From contig OZ244587.1 in assembly GCA_965218095.1 (NCBI GenBank), forward strand, positions 4,448,001 to 4,512,000: a DNA stretch of 64,000 nt, read 5' to 3'. Both the position numbers and the translations under genes were made by a program. A model generated the notes under the pieces. It did no database searches. It was not told where the DNA came from and saw only the letters and a list, made by a program, of their open reading frames with translations. Below, piece by piece: positions 1 through 10,369 of the stretch; within the stretch, counting starts at the first letter, position 1, and each line of letters begins with the position of its first letter. The stretch comes from Candidatus Poribacteria bacterium. Its GTDB lineage: Bacteria; Poribacteria; WGA-4E; PCPOR2b.

Positions 1-773
1 ATTGTATTCTCCAGCAGGTCGAGGCTTTTGAGTGCCTCCAATAGCCTGCCGAGTGCCTCATCAAGTCGTTTAACCATGCCGTAGTATCCAGCAATGTGCT
101 GATGGGTTGAGCCTCCCAAAGCAGCAAGGTCTGGGGGAATCCATTTCCCCGCGTAGCGTTCACGGTAGCCGTCAGGTGGAGGGTAATCGTCAAGATGGTT
201 TTGATGGTGCGGCTCGATGTATGAGGTGAAAAGGTAAAATGGCGGGTCTTGATGAGCATCAATGTAGCGAATCATAGCATCGGTGACGGCATCCACACGA
301 TAGCCGGGAAGTTTGGCGGGATTACCATCGCTATCATAGAGAACGGTGTGATAGGCGTCGGAAGTGAATTCAAGGACGTTGGAAGCAAGCCAGTATTCAT
401 AACCGCCGCGATCGGATTCGGGGACGGGCCCTGCGACGCCTCTGTTGTAGAGATGCCACTTGCCGATATACCCGGTGGTGTAACCACCTTCGCGGAAATG
501 GTGAGCCAGAGTCTTAGCGTTCGACGACAAAGGGATGCCGTTGCGGAAACAACCTGTCCTGGTCGCGTATAGTCCGGTTTGCCAGCAAGAACGCGCGGGG
601 CCACAAACCGGCTGACATGTGAACGAGTGGTAGATATGCGTCCCACGTCGAGCCATGCGGTCGAAATTGGGGGTTAGATCCAGCGGATTGCCGTGAACGC
701 CGGTTGTATCCCAGCGTTGTTGATCTGTGAAAAATACGATGACATTGGGACAGTCTGCACCTGCCTTTCTCAT
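1..773 (-). CDS. Sulfatase (formylglycine-dependent), runs off the left edge; missing from the ORF track
   Basis: ATG at 773 after a GAGGAG RBS; translates as MRKAGADCPNVIVFFTDQQRWD...CQPVCGPARS...GYIGKWHL...YYGMVKRLDEALG, with the CxPxR and GKWH sulfatase motifs. Confidence 0.9.
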   Translation of the reverse strand, partial: MRKAGADCPNVIVFFTDQQRWDTTGVHGNPLDLTPNFDRMARRGTHIYHSFTCQPVCGPARSCWQTGLYATRTGCFRNGIPLSSNAKTLAHHFREGGYTTGYIGKWHLYNRGVAGPVPESDRGGYEYWLASNVLEFTSDAYHTVLYDSDGNPAKLPGYRVDAVTDAMIRYIDAHQDPPFYLFTSYIEPHHQNHLDDYPPPDGYRERYAGKWIPPDLAALGGSTHQHIAGYYGMVKRLDEALGRLLEALKSLDLLENT

Positions 774-776
774 ATT

Positions 777-905
777 CTAATACTCCTCTTGAGAGATGCC
801 ACTGTCGTATGTCCCAAACCACATCACCCCATCAGGGGCACTATCAATGGCATAGACTTTGTTATGGGCTAATTCGTCTGCTGTGGTAAAGTTGACAAAT
901 TGTGT
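777..905 (-). pseudogene. Fragment of a two-component regulator propeller (Reg_prop) repeat protein
   Basis: FVNFTTADELAHNKVYAIDSAPDGVMWFGT resembles one Reg_prop blade; the upstream sequence is repeat DNA. Confidence 0.6.
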
Positions 906-915
906 AGAGGTCAAC

Positions 916-955
916 ATGATGATCGACATTCCGCTATGATGATCGACATTCCGCT
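916..955. repeat. Perfect 20-bp tandem duplication
   Basis: atgatgatcgacattccgct occurs twice. Confidence 0.95.
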
Positions 956-1042
956 CGGCGTGGCCCCGATAGATCGGGATTTCGCTACGCTCAAATTGAC
1001 AAATCCACGCCATAGTCGATGGATTTGCCAATCCATCTGGAG
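951..1042. repeat. REP-like element (GGATTTGCCAATCC family) with a nested 31-bp second REP at 964-994
   Basis: Similar to 8474-8530 and 43022-43120; the nested part matches the reverse complement of 42939-42969 at 28/31. Confidence 0.75.
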
Positions 1043-1183
1043 GGGCAAGGTCTGCCCGGAGCTTGGTGGGTTGATGCTGCCGAGCTCCTGATATTCGGAT
1101 ATGAATCTGACAAGACGGTGGGTCGGTGGGAAGGGAAAAAGTGAACGAGTGAGGCGTGATGTTTCACTTTGCGTACTTTTTTC

Positions 1184-2674
1184 TCAGAGAATATATTTAC
1201 TGATATCCTCATCCTTCACAATTTCGGATAATTGTCCTGTGACGTAATCCGCATCGATTTTTACCGATTCCTCCTCCAGATCCGGGGCATCGAAAGAGAG
1301 TTCATCAAAGAGTTTCTCCATGATGGTGTGCAGACGGCGCGCACCGATATCTTCTACGGCTTCATTGACCTGGAAAGCCAGGGCGGCAATTTCATCGATA
1401 GCATCCTCAGTGATGGCCACTTCGACGCCTTCCGTCTGCAACATAGCGACATACTGCTTCACCAGAGCGTTCCTCGGTTCAGTGAGAATGCGCTTGAAAT
1501 CTGCCGCATTCAAGCTTTTCAGTTCAACACGAATTGGGAAACGCCCCTGCAATTCCGGGATGAGATCCGAGGGCTTAGAGGCATGAAATGCGCCTGCCGC
1601 GATGAATAAAATGTGATCAGTGCGAACCATACCGTGCTTTGTCATCACCGTACTCCCTTCGATAATCGGTAAGATGTCGCGTTGTACACCCTCACGCGAG
1701 ACATCGGGGCCGGACTTAGATTCGCGTCCAGCAATCTTATCAATCTCATCTAGGAAAACGATGCCTGAGTCTTCCACGCGTGTGATGGCTTCGGTGATGA
1801 CTTTATCCATATCGATCAGCTTCTCCGCGTTTTCCTGCATGAGGATCTGACGGGCTTCAGCGATCGTAACGCGACGTTTCTTCTCTTGTTTCGGCAGAAT
1901 GCTCCCAAACATATCTTTCAGATTAATGTCCATTTCCTCAATGCCGCTTGGGGAAAAGATTTCAACGAAGGGAATCGTTCGGTTGCTGACACTAATCTCA
2001 ACCGGCTTATCTTCCAACTTTCCATCCCGCAGCCTTTGACGAAACTTTTCCCGTGTCCTGATGTACCTTTCTTGCTCTCGCTCGCTGATTTCCGGTTGTT
2101 CGTTGGGTTCAAGTTTCAACTCTAACGCCAACTGAGGGACCTCATCTCGATCTGTTTCCGGTCCACCCTCATCGGTAATTTCAACTTCCCCAACAGGCTC
2201 CTGCATCTTTTCCGGTCGGGGCGGCGGTATCAGGAAATCCAACAGTTGTTCTTCCGTAAGCTCTAGCGTTTTTTCCTTAACCATCTCCGTCTGTTCAGAC
2301 TTCACCATGTTGACTGCAAGGTCTGCGAGGTCTCGAATCATCGATTCAACATCACGCCCAACATAGCCGACTTCCGTGTATTTTGAGGCTTCCACTTTAA
2401 TAAATGGCGCTTCGACTAAACGCGCCAAACGCCGAGCGATTTCAGTCTTTCCAACTCCCGTTGTCCCAATCATGATGATATTTTTAGGCGCAACCTCATC
2501 CCGCATATCGTCGTCGAGCATCTGCCGACGCGCCCGGTTGCGGAGCGCAATGGCGACCGAACGTTTCGCTTCAGCCTGACCAATAATATATTTGTCAAGT
2601 TCTTCAACAATTTGTCTGGGAGTAAGTGCATCTGCTAATGTTTTCTTATTCGATAAAGACTTTGATGTTTCCAA
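1184..2674 (-). CDS. hslU: ATP-dependent protease ATPase subunit HslU
   Basis: [48 protein letters not shown] motifs. Confidence 0.98.
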   Translation of the reverse strand: METSKSLSNKKTLADALTPRQIVEELDKYIIGQAEAKRSVAIALRNRARRQMLDDDMRDEVAPKNIIMIGTTGVGKTEIARRLARLVEAPFIKVEASKYTEVGYVGRDVESMIRDLADLAVNMVKSEQTEMVKEKTLELTEEQLLDFLIPPPRPEKMQEPVGEVEITDEGGPETDRDEVPQLALELKLEPNEQPEISEREQERYIRTREKFRQRLRDGKLEDKPVEISVSNRTIPFVEIFSPSGIEEMDINLKDMFGSILPKQEKKRRVTIAEARQILMQENAEKLIDMDKVITEAITRVEDSGIVFLDEIDKIAGRESKSGPDVSREGVQRDILPIIEGSTVMTKHGMVRTDHILFIAAGAFHASKPSDLIPELQGRFPIRVELKSLNAADFKRILTEPRNALVKQYVAMLQTEGVEVAITEDAIDEIAALAFQVNEAVEDIGARRLHTIMEKLFDELSFDAPDLEEESVKIDADYVTGQLSEIVKDEDISKYIL

Positions 2675-2734
2675 TATAAACCTCCGTTTCCTCCATAGTT
2701 ATTCGGTGCCAATGACGGCTATTTCAAAAAACTG

Positions 2735-3268
2735 CTAGATTCTCAGGGATTCAATTTCAATACAGTTATTGGTATACACGCAAATTTCGCTCGTCATCCG
2801 TAAAGCTTCCTTGACAATTTCCGTGGCATCCAGTGAAGAGTGTTTTAAGAGTGCTCTAGCGGCTGATAATGCGATGGGTCCGCCGGATCCAATGGCTAAT
2901 ATCCCGTCATCCGGCGAAAGCACGTCCCCGCTGCCTGAAAGGAGATATCCACTTTCGGCATCCACGGCAATCAGCAATGCCTCTGTTCGTCTCAACACGC
3001 GATCACTTCGCCAATCTCTTGCAAATTCAACCGCCGCTCTTTGAAGATTTCCGCGATACTGGTCCAATTTTTTCTCAAGATTCTCAAACAAAGCCAACGC
3101 ATCCGCGGCTGAACCGGCAAAGCCCAGCAAGATGCGGTCATTATAGGCGCGACGAATCTTCTTCGCGCCATGTTTTATCGCAGTATCCCCTAGAGTGACC
3201 TGTCCATCGCCACCGATAGCCACCTGGTTATCATGTCGTACAGCGAGAATTGTCGTCGATCTGATCAT
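2735..3268 (-). CDS. hslV: ATP-dependent protease subunit HslV
   Basis: MIRSTTILAV (N-terminal Thr), GDGQVT, GFAGSAADA, GSGG; GAAGGAG RBS before ATG 3268. Confidence 0.97.
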   Translation of the reverse strand: MIRSTTILAVRHDNQVAIGGDGQVTLGDTAIKHGAKKIRRAYNDRILLGFAGSAADALALFENLEKKLDQYRGNLQRAAVEFARDWRSDRVLRRTEALLIAVDAESGYLLSGSGDVLSPDDGILAIGSGGPIALSAARALLKHSSLDATEIVKEALRMTSEICVYTNNCIEIESLRI

Positions 3269-3297
3269 TATGGCTCCTTCGTGAAAGGTGATACACT

Positions 3298-3972
3298 TCA
3301 ACGTGATATTCCGATGAAATGAAACAACAGAAAGCAAAAAAATTGCATAATCCCGATAAAGAGTCCACATCGGATACCTCCTACAATAATGTAGTGGCTA
3401 CGGAGATAATACGGGGAAAGCAAAAAAGTTAGGCCAAGTGCCATCGGGACGAAGACCGGAACAGAGCCGATATAAGGGAAATACGAAAGAGGTGTTGCGT
3501 TCCAGTTCCATAAACGCGCAGAGCCGAGTTGGTCGAAAAGGGTACTACCGACAAAAGCAACACCACCTGCAACCACAGCGGGAATATAAGGACGTCCCCA
3601 AATTGAGTCGAGACGCTGGTAAAGGTAGATGATTATCGTTATGGCAAGCGCCCAAGTTAGAAGCAAACTCAAAGGCACGGCGGCTATCCGAATATCATGC
3701 CGACTCAAATAAGACAGCAGGACAATACGTCGAGAGAACAACCAATCCAGTGGAATATAGGTGGTAATTGATGCAATCACGCCAAAAATCACACTACGCG
3801 ATAGAAGCGAAGACTCATCCCATTTCCGGCTCGCATAACCAAGCACACCAACCACTACTAGAACGTTCAAATAAAGTAGCCAAGTTGAACCAAGTTTGGC
3901 ATTAATCAGAAACGTCGCAAAACTCGTGACACAAGCAATAATGACAGCTTTATCGGTTTGGGTGATGGTCAT
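3298..3972 (-). CDS. Multi-pass membrane protein of unknown function
   Basis: About 6-7 hydrophobic segments; true start probably ATG 3972, since the longer ORF starts inside the IS end. Confidence 0.7.
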   Translation of the reverse strand: MTITQTDKAVIIACVTSFATFLINAKLGSTWLLYLNVLVVVGVLGYASRKWDESSLLSRSVIFGVIASITTYIPLDWLFSRRIVLLSYLSRHDIRIAAVPLSLLLTWALAITIIIYLYQRLDSIWGRPYIPAVVAGGVAFVGSTLFDQLGSARLWNWNATPLSYFPYIGSVPVFVPMALGLTFLLSPYYLRSHYIIVGGIRCGLFIGIMQFFCFLLFHFIGISR

Positions 3973-3994
3973 TGAGAAATAATGCGTGATATTA

Positions 3995-4831
3995 GGTTCT
4001 GTTGACATTTGAGTATAAGGTTGTGGCATAATAGAAGAATGACGCCAATAACCTTACCTGATGACCAATGGAATAAGATATACCGGTTTCTTCCAAGCTG
4101 TCCCACCATCTATGTTGGCGACGAAGCTGCTACACGCCGCTTCGTCGAAGCCGTCCTGTGGGTGACTCGTAGCGGGGCTCAATGGAGACTTCTACCAGAC
4201 ACCTATGGCAAATGGAACACCCGCTACAAGCGGTTTGCTCGATGGTGCGACAAAGGTATCTTCACACAGATGCACCCCCACTTTGCCTCTGACCCCGATA
4301 TCGAGTCGCTTATTGTGGACAGTACCATCTGCCGTGCTCACCCGTCTGCGGCGGGTGCCTTAAAAAGCTGGCGCCTTAAAAAAAAGGGTGGCACTGAAAA
4401 CCAAGCATTAGGTCGCTCTCGGGGCGGTTTCAGTACAAAAATTCACATCACAGTTGACGGACTAGGCAATCCCCTAAGAATTCATCTGACCCCCGGTCAG
4501 AGACATGACATAACTGAGGCGGAAGGGTTGATAATCGGATATAACAGTGAATATGTGATTGGAGACAAGGGGTACGATTCGGACGCTTTTATCGCCGTTA
4601 TTGAGGCGAATGGAGCGATTGCGGTGATACCGCCAAAAAGTCATCGTGTTGACCAAAGAACGTATGACAAACACTTATACAAAGAGAGACATCTGGTTGA
4701 ATATTTCATCAACAAGATAAAATGGTATCGTCGTATCTTCTCTCGGTTTGAGAAGCTAGCTGTCCGTTATTTTGGATTTCTCAGCTTTGTCGCCACTCTT
4801 ACTATGGCTCCGTTGAAATGTCAACAGAACC
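3995..4831 (+). mobile_element. IS5 family (IS427-like) copy 1
   Basis: TIR GGTTCTGTTGACATTT/AAATGTCAACAGAACC with TA duplication; transposase has the GRSRGGFSTKIH motif and a 1-nt insertion near the C-terminus. Confidence 0.95.
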
Positions 4832-4842
4832 TAGGGCGTTAG
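4009..4842 (+). CDS. IS5 family transposase (single fused ORF, altered C-terminus)
   Basis: DUF4096-like N-terminus plus DDE core (VDST, GDKGYD, ERHLVE). Confidence 0.9.
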   Translation: MSIRLWHNRRMTPITLPDDQWNKIYRFLPSCPTIYVGDEAATRRFVEAVLWVTRSGAQWRLLPDTYGKWNTRYKRFARWCDKGIFTQMHPHFASDPDIESLIVDSTICRAHPSAAGALKSWRLKKKGGTENQALGRSRGGFSTKIHITVDGLGNPLRIHLTPGQRHDITEAEGLIIGYNSEYVIGDKGYDSDAFIAVIEANGAIAVIPPKSHRVDQRTYDKHLYKERHLVEYFINKIKWYRRIFSRFEKLAVRYFGFLSFVATLTMAPLKCQQNLGR

Positions 4843-4874
4843 GACTCAGAGCAACTTAAACCTGATATTGTTAA

Positions 4875-5615
4875 TTAGCGGCCCATAGCTAGTCGATCGG
4901 CATGCCATGCAGGCAGCGCTGCTTCGCGGATGTTGCGCTGTGCAGCTCGAATGTCGTAGCTGACCCGCTTAATGCAAATGATGTTTTCGTCAGTATTGAG
5001 GATTGCAAAGCTCGCCTTTGGGTTGAAATCGCGTGGCTGACCAACAGATCCAGGGTTAATGAAATACTGCTTTTCTTTTGAAAGCGTGTAGCAAAATTCA
5101 TCATCTTCTGGATAGCATTGAGAAAATTTCGATTCCGTCGAATAGATCATCGGAATATGCGTGTGTCCATAAAACGTGATCCAACTTCGACTTCGGTGCA
5201 AAATCAGCCGCGCGTCCCAATTGTTCAAGATGTAAAAATCCTCATCATTTGGGCTCCCGTGTGATATTTCAATCCCCTCGTCCAGCGTCATCGGTCCCTG
5301 AGGCATACGCTGCAGATACCCCCTGTTATCCGATCGAATCTGACGGCGCGCCCACATCGCACTAGTTCGAGCGAGGTCCTGGAAGTCGCTCCCGTCCTCA
5401 ATGCTGGCAATCACCTTATCGTGATTACCTCGAACCATGACATCGGGTTTGAGCCGCCTTAGCTGGTCGATAGCTTCATTCGGTTGGGCCCCATACCCAA
5501 CAATATCACCGAGAAAAATAATCTGATCGATATGCTCTTCAGTAACAGCCGATAAAACGGCATCAAACGCCTCAAGATTCGCATGAACATCGCTGAAAAT
5601 AAAGTATCGCATCAA
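4875..5615 (-). CDS. Metallophosphoesterase (YfcE-like)
   Basis: SDVH, GDIVGYG, GNHD, GHTH, NPGSVGQPRD. Confidence 0.95.
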   Translation of the reverse strand: MMRYFIFSDVHANLEAFDAVLSAVTEEHIDQIIFLGDIVGYGAQPNEAIDQLRRLKPDVMVRGNHDKVIASIEDGSDFQDLARTSAMWARRQIRSDNRGYLQRMPQGPMTLDEGIEISHGSPNDEDFYILNNWDARLILHRSRSWITFYGHTHIPMIYSTESKFSQCYPEDDEFCYTLSKEKQYFINPGSVGQPRDFNPKASFAILNTDENIICIKRVSYDIRAAQRNIREAALPAWHADRLAMGR

Positions 5616-5796
5616 GTTTTCCCGAAGATGGCTACATTATACCGTATCACCCCTAGCGCCGCAAGCCCAAAATGAGAGGATTTCATGAATAGATGAAAAT
5701 CATGGAGCAGGTTCGCTTTGTCCGAATCCCTCGGATGAGCATAGCCTGCCCCGATCTATCGGGGGACTCTCAGAACACGGCTGCGCCACAACTTTG

Positions 5797-5991
5797 CTAC
5801 GATTCTTCTTCTGATTTGCTCCGCTTTTCCAACCACTGATCTAAAAAGCGAATTTCTTCGTCAATGAAAGTGCAAATCCCTTTCAGAAATTCGATCTCTG
5901 CGTTGCGGAAGTAGTTAAAAGATTCGTCGTGACCCTTTGAGAGTTTTGTCACAACTCGATCCGTGAATCCAGTAATGAGTGAATATAACAT
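5797..5991 (-). CDS. Small helical hypothetical protein downstream of the ArsA-like gene
   Basis: AGGAGGAG RBS; 64 aa, amphipathic (FRNAEIEFLKGICTFIDEEI). Confidence 0.7.
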   Translation of the reverse strand: MLYSLITGFTDRVVTKLSKGHDESFNYFRNAEIEFLKGICTFIDEEIRFLDQWLEKRSKSEEES

Positions 5992-6219
5992 ACGAATCTC
6001 CTCCTATCGATCTATTTAGTCAAAGGTAATCACTAGGCGGCCATCGACTAACTTCGCCTGTGTTGGATTTGCATGCGCGATGCTTCGCGGCAGGGCAATA
6101 TGCTGCTTGAACCCGCCGATCCGTACAATGAGTTCATCACCGTTCTTGGCAAGATCAATCTCTTGTTTCGTGATGAAGGGCAAGTGCATCGAAACCTGAT
6201 ACTGATCGCCATCTTTACT

Positions 6220-7328
6220 GAGGGGTGTGCATAAATATAGTTGACATAATCAAGCCAAAAGGGTTTCCTATTGTTATCATAGCAAAAGGAGCCCCAATAT
6301 GGTACAAAGACCAATGTTGGCTGATTATGTCACTCTTATTATGCAACTCTTTGAGCAGTTTATGCAACACCGTATTGACAAACCAGGTGTCACACACGCA
6401 AAACCATTGACATATTCAACCACCTCGTTTATCATTTTCTTCATGTTGATGCAGTTTCACGGCATCTATGGCTTCAAAACGCAATGGCGGTGGCTAATCA
6501 ATCACCCAGAAGTGTTACAAATGCTGGGGTGGCAACAGCCCCCTCATCGAACCACGATTGCACGTCGCTATAAGGCATTATATGAAGTGATAGAGGCATT
6601 TGTATTGTTTATCGGTCAGTATGCCACTGACTTGTCCCAACAATTCAACTTGGCTCATCTGGTAGCCGACAAAAGTTTATTTAAGGCACGAGGACCCGTC
6701 TGGCATCAAACTGACCGCAAAGCAGGAAAAGCACCTAAACATCTACGCAACCTCGACACCGATGCCACGTGGAGCAAGAGTGGTTATCATGGCTGGGTCT
6801 ATGGCTACGGACTTCACATTATCTGCACACAAGGTGCGTTCCCAACACTGATAACTGTGCACCGTGCGTCGGTCTCCGAAAGTTGGGCGATAGATGCTAA
6901 AGCGTCTGAGATTCTGACACAACTTTCACCGCAGACACTCACTGCCGATGATGCCTATACCCAAGCAGACCGTATCCGTCGTTGGGCGAAGGCACAAGTC
7001 GCTTTGATTACCCCGGCACTTAGATGGACAAAGGGACGGTTTGCCAAGGCGTATCATCGATTTATCAACCAACCCAAGCAGCGTCTCTGTTTAAGCAAAC
7101 GTCGCAGTTCGGTTGAACCGTTGTTTGACTTGATTGCTAAAGTGATAGGCACCACTCCTCAACAGAAGCAGTTACCGGTCAAGGGGTTTTTCAATGTACG
7201 CTGTTGTTTAGCTATCGGGGTGTTATCAGTGCAAGTGGCTATGATTGCCAATGCCATATGGAAGTTACCTGCTCGCAATATCTCTCATATGGCGGCTGTT
7301 TTCCAATGAACTACTATGCACACCCCTC
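6220..7328 (+). mobile_element. IS with DDE transposase (IS982/IS5-like), copy A
   Basis: TIR GAGGGGTGTGCATA/TATGCACACCCCTC; 9-bp TSD atctttact at 6211-6219 and 7329-7337. Confidence 0.95.
6299..7309 (+). CDS. DDE transposase
   Basis: ADKS, WSKSGYHGWVYGYGLH, ADDAY, RRSSVEPLF. Confidence 0.9.
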   Translation: MVQRPMLADYVTLIMQLFEQFMQHRIDKPGVTHAKPLTYSTTSFIIFFMLMQFHGIYGFKTQWRWLINHPEVLQMLGWQQPPHRTTIARRYKALYEVIEAFVLFIGQYATDLSQQFNLAHLVADKSLFKARGPVWHQTDRKAGKAPKHLRNLDTDATWSKSGYHGWVYGYGLHIICTQGAFPTLITVHRASVSESWAIDAKASEILTQLSPQTLTADDAYTQADRIRRWAKAQVALITPALRWTKGRFAKAYHRFINQPKQRLCLSKRRSSVEPLFDLIAKVIGTTPQQKQLPVKGFFNVRCCLAIGVLSVQVAMIANAIWKLPARNISHMAAVFQ

Positions 7329-8473
7329 ATCTTTACTGAACTGATACGGTCTTTCTTCGCGAAAGATGTCGGCGGGGTCGATTCCGGCGTAAAGCACGTC
7401 TGCAAGTCTACGCAGCCCCTTTTCGCCTACAACCTCATCATCAAACAGATGCACTTTCCAGATTGGCATGTCCAAAAAGTAGTTTGCGGCTTCGTCGATA
7501 TAACGCTGTTGGGTCTGCTTCCACATTCCAAAGAAGGCAGAATCTGCAATTTCCGGGAAGATCCGGTTGATGATCACCGCATCAATGCAAAGCCCGTAAA
7601 GGCAGAAATACATAAACGCCCGCTATGTTTCTTTGATAACCATCTTCTCGGGATTGGTGACGAGACAAACGGTTGTCATTTTGGGATCGGTGAAGATCTG
7701 ATCAATTCCTTGCAGTTTGTCGTACAGATCTTGAATATTCTGGAAATAGTTGTCTTGAGGGAGCGGGACGGAACTTACGCATTCAACAACAAGGCGAGCG
7801 ACTTTCACCAAATTCCGCTCCAACTTAAAGAGCCGATTCATATACCACTCAAGGGTGGTGGGGATGCTGACAAATCGAAGAGATTCGCCCGTTGGCGCAC
7901 AATCGAGAAGAATTACATCGTAGGCTGATTGGCGAACATGCTGATTGATGTACAGCAGCGAACAGATCTCCTGCATGCCGGGGAAAATCGCGATCTCTTC
8001 CGCAACGATCTCCGCTAAACCGGATCGATTAAGAGGGAGCGGATATAGCCGCAAACATTTTCCCAATACTCGGTAATCGCCTCCTGAATATCAATCTCCT
8101 GAATCCGGAGGTTTTCGTTGATCTGTACCCGTTTCTCGTCCTCGTTGCGCATCAATTGTTTCTCTTTGTCGAATGCGTCCGACAAAGAGTGTGCGGCATC
8201 CAGCGAGAGCACAATGGTTTTGTATCCGAGCTCCGCGAGCTTCAGACCTGTTGCCGCAGCGATGCTTGTTTTGTCGACGCCGCCTTTGCCAGTGTAGAGG
8301 ATAATACGCATCGTTCTTGCCTTCGATTTAATCGCACGCGCAATGCTACCTTTATATGTTTCAAATCCTGTCTCTTCCTGTCTCTCTCAAACCAGATTGA
8401 TTATAACAGAGATTCAGATCCTGCGCAAGCGAAATACAAAGATGATAGAAATTTACAACAGGATGATTTACCT

Positions 8474-8530
8474 CCGCTCGGCGTGGATTGGCAAATCCAC
8501 GCCCCGATGGATTTGCCAATTCATCGGGAG
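8474..8530. repeat. REP-like double hairpin
   Basis: cgtggattggcaaatccacg followed by gatggatttgccaattcatc. Confidence 0.7.
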
Positions 8531-8563
8531 CAGTGTCAACTATCTTCCTGACCTTACAGAAAT

Positions 8564-9172
8564 TTACAACAATGATACTCCAGCAATCAACGCGACCACA
8601 CATACAATTGCCGTTAGCGTCCGCTTTTCATTTCTGAATGCGCGAGACAGGGAAAAATCGTGTGGGGAGGGATTCTCGTAGCTGCGAAATCGGGGAAGGA
8701 ATCTGGAGACAGCCGAATAGTAGGTTTGATATGCCGACCCGAAAGATTCGCGCAGGTATGCTTCCTCGGAGGCGATAATTAGCAGGTATTGAACAAAATA
8801 TCCCACGAGTAACACAATGATCATCCAGTAAACGTTGGCAATAACACAGACACCGACACTGAGTAGCAGGTTTCCCAGGTAGAGTGGATTTCGGACATGG
8901 GCGTAGGGGCCCGTCGTCACAAGATCACGGGCGGCTCCCAGGGTCCGTGAGCGAGTCGCGCCACCAGCATAACCAACCGCCCACAAACGTAGGAACTCAC
9001 CGAGAATCAAAAGACCCGTACCAATCAGCGCGGAAATGAAAGTGGGATGGGCAAAATAGATTAAGATTAATATGAACGGGATGGATGTGAGGCTGCGCAG
9101 CCGAAAGAGCAGACGACCAATCATAGGCATGAAACGTGATAGATCTGGCCATCCTGAACAACTTCTGAACAT
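8564..9172 (-). CDS. Isoprenylcysteine carboxyl methyltransferase (ICMT/PEMT) family membrane protein
   Basis: LVTTGPYAHVRNPLYLG, EEAYL...FG..Y. Confidence 0.9.
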   Translation of the reverse strand: MFRSCSGWPDLSRFMPMIGRLLFRLRSLTSIPFILILIYFAHPTFISALIGTGLLILGEFLRLWAVGYAGGATRSRTLGAARDLVTTGPYAHVRNPLYLGNLLLSVGVCVIANVYWMIIVLLVGYFVQYLLIIASEEAYLRESFGSAYQTYYSAVSRFLPRFRSYENPSPHDFSLSRAFRNEKRTLTAIVCVVALIAGVSLL

Positions 9173-9210
9173 CTTGTTCCTTCACTCCCCTGCCCGCTTG
9201 CCCCCTTGGC

Positions 9211-10272
9211 TCACTTGGGCGTCTTCCAGATCAGGATGCTTCCGACAATGGTGTAAAGCAAATTTGCGCCCCAACAGGCGACAATCGGTGGCAGTTTGCC
9301 ATTTTCACCGAGTCCTTCGAGGGTTGCCAGTGAGATTCCCCAATACATAAAGACGAGGAAGAAGGCAACGAGCAGCCCTGCAAAAAATCCAGCCCCACCA
9401 AAGCGAATCGAAATTGGCGCACCAATCAGAATCACAACGAACGCCGCAAAGGGGTATGCCATCTTATGATGCAATTTGACTTCCTCACGCCGTGTCGCCT
9501 GCCCTGCGCTTCGTTTATATTTAATCTGCCGCCGCAGCTCTCCAATCGTCATCGCTCGGAGATCTTTATTGCTGCCTGCGAATTGCTCCGGTTCTTCCGC
9601 TCGATCGATTTGCCTGGTTAGGAACGGTTCAAAAGCAATCTCAACATCTCCATCAAAACGACGAATAAACCCCTTTGCCAGATGCCACTGATTTGGCGAC
9701 CATGTAGCTGAACTTGCAAAGATTAATCGTGCAAGTGTATCATTGGGATTTAACTCATAAATTGTCATTCGATCGATGGTTTCGTTTTCCAGATCTAGCG
9801 TTTGGATATAAAACAGCCGATTGTTTTGTCCTTTGAAGACAACGTTTCGGCTTCGACGTAAGGGAATTTTTTCCCCCAATTGGTTGGCGCGGTGGTAGGC
9901 AGGTGAAGCAACCAGATTATAGAAAACCACAAAGATTATGCAGGTCAAGAATATGGATACGAGAATCGGGGTGAGGAGGCGATAAACGCTAACACCGGCG
10001 GTCTGCATAGCGGCGAGCTCGTTGTTTTGAACCTTTTGTCCGAAAACGAAGAAAACGGCAAGGAAGCTCGCCAACGGGACAACCTCAATAACCCGTCGAG
10101 GGGCTTGGCATAACACAATCTGAATCGCTGTGAGATAGGAAACGTCATCATCAAAACGCTTGATATCTTTATCGAGTAACCGAACGATAATTACCAGCGC
10201 GATGAAAAAGGCAAGCCCTAACGCGAATGTTCTAAGATATTCGGTTAAAATATATCGCTCAAGGATTCTCAT
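9211..10272 (-). CDS. lptG: LPS export permease LptG
   Basis: LERYI, NELAAMQTAGVS, P-F-x motifs, WGANL; second gene of the pair. Confidence 0.85.
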   Translation of the reverse strand: MRILERYILTEYLRTFALGLAFFIALVIIVRLLDKDIKRFDDDVSYLTAIQIVLCQAPRRVIEVVPLASFLAVFFVFGQKVQNNELAAMQTAGVSVYRLLTPILVSIFLTCIIFVVFYNLVASPAYHRANQLGEKIPLRRSRNVVFKGQNNRLFYIQTLDLENETIDRMTIYELNPNDTLARLIFASSATWSPNQWHLAKGFIRRFDGDVEIAFEPFLTRQIDRAEEPEQFAGSNKDLRAMTIGELRRQIKYKRSAGQATRREEVKLHHKMAYPFAAFVVILIGAPISIRFGGAGFFAGLLVAFFLVFMYWGISLATLEGLGENGKLPPIVACWGANLLYTIVGSILIWKTPK

Positions 10273-10369
10273 ACTAAATCCGACTCTAAATGTTACAAAG
10301 ACTGCTTCGTAGTGGCGACTTCAGTCGTGCTTTCTCTGAAGTCTGTGACGTGATGATCGAGAATTCGTA

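Larger units (their letters stand above)
6019..8311 (-). pseudogene. ArsA/GET3-family ATPase with C-terminal HSP20-like domain, multiply disrupted
   Basis: GKGGVDKT (Walker A G to D), DAAHSL, DCAPTG; frameshift near 8030, in-frame TAG at 7623-7625, IS at 6220-7328; C-terminus continues below 6219 (DGDQYQVSMHLPF...ELIVRIG). Confidence 0.9.

Noticed and set aside
249-646. ORF-track ORFs 249-572 (+) and 272-646 (-)
   Set aside because: They are shadows of the sulfatase frame that runs off the window edge.
2060-2230. Acidic insertion in HslU
   Set aside because: It lies in the variable I-domain, where length variation is common.
3973-4029. N-terminal extension MPQPYTQMSTEP of the membrane protein, and similar LKCQQNL-containing ORFs
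   Set aside because: These are translations of the IS5 terminal repeat, not host coding sequence.
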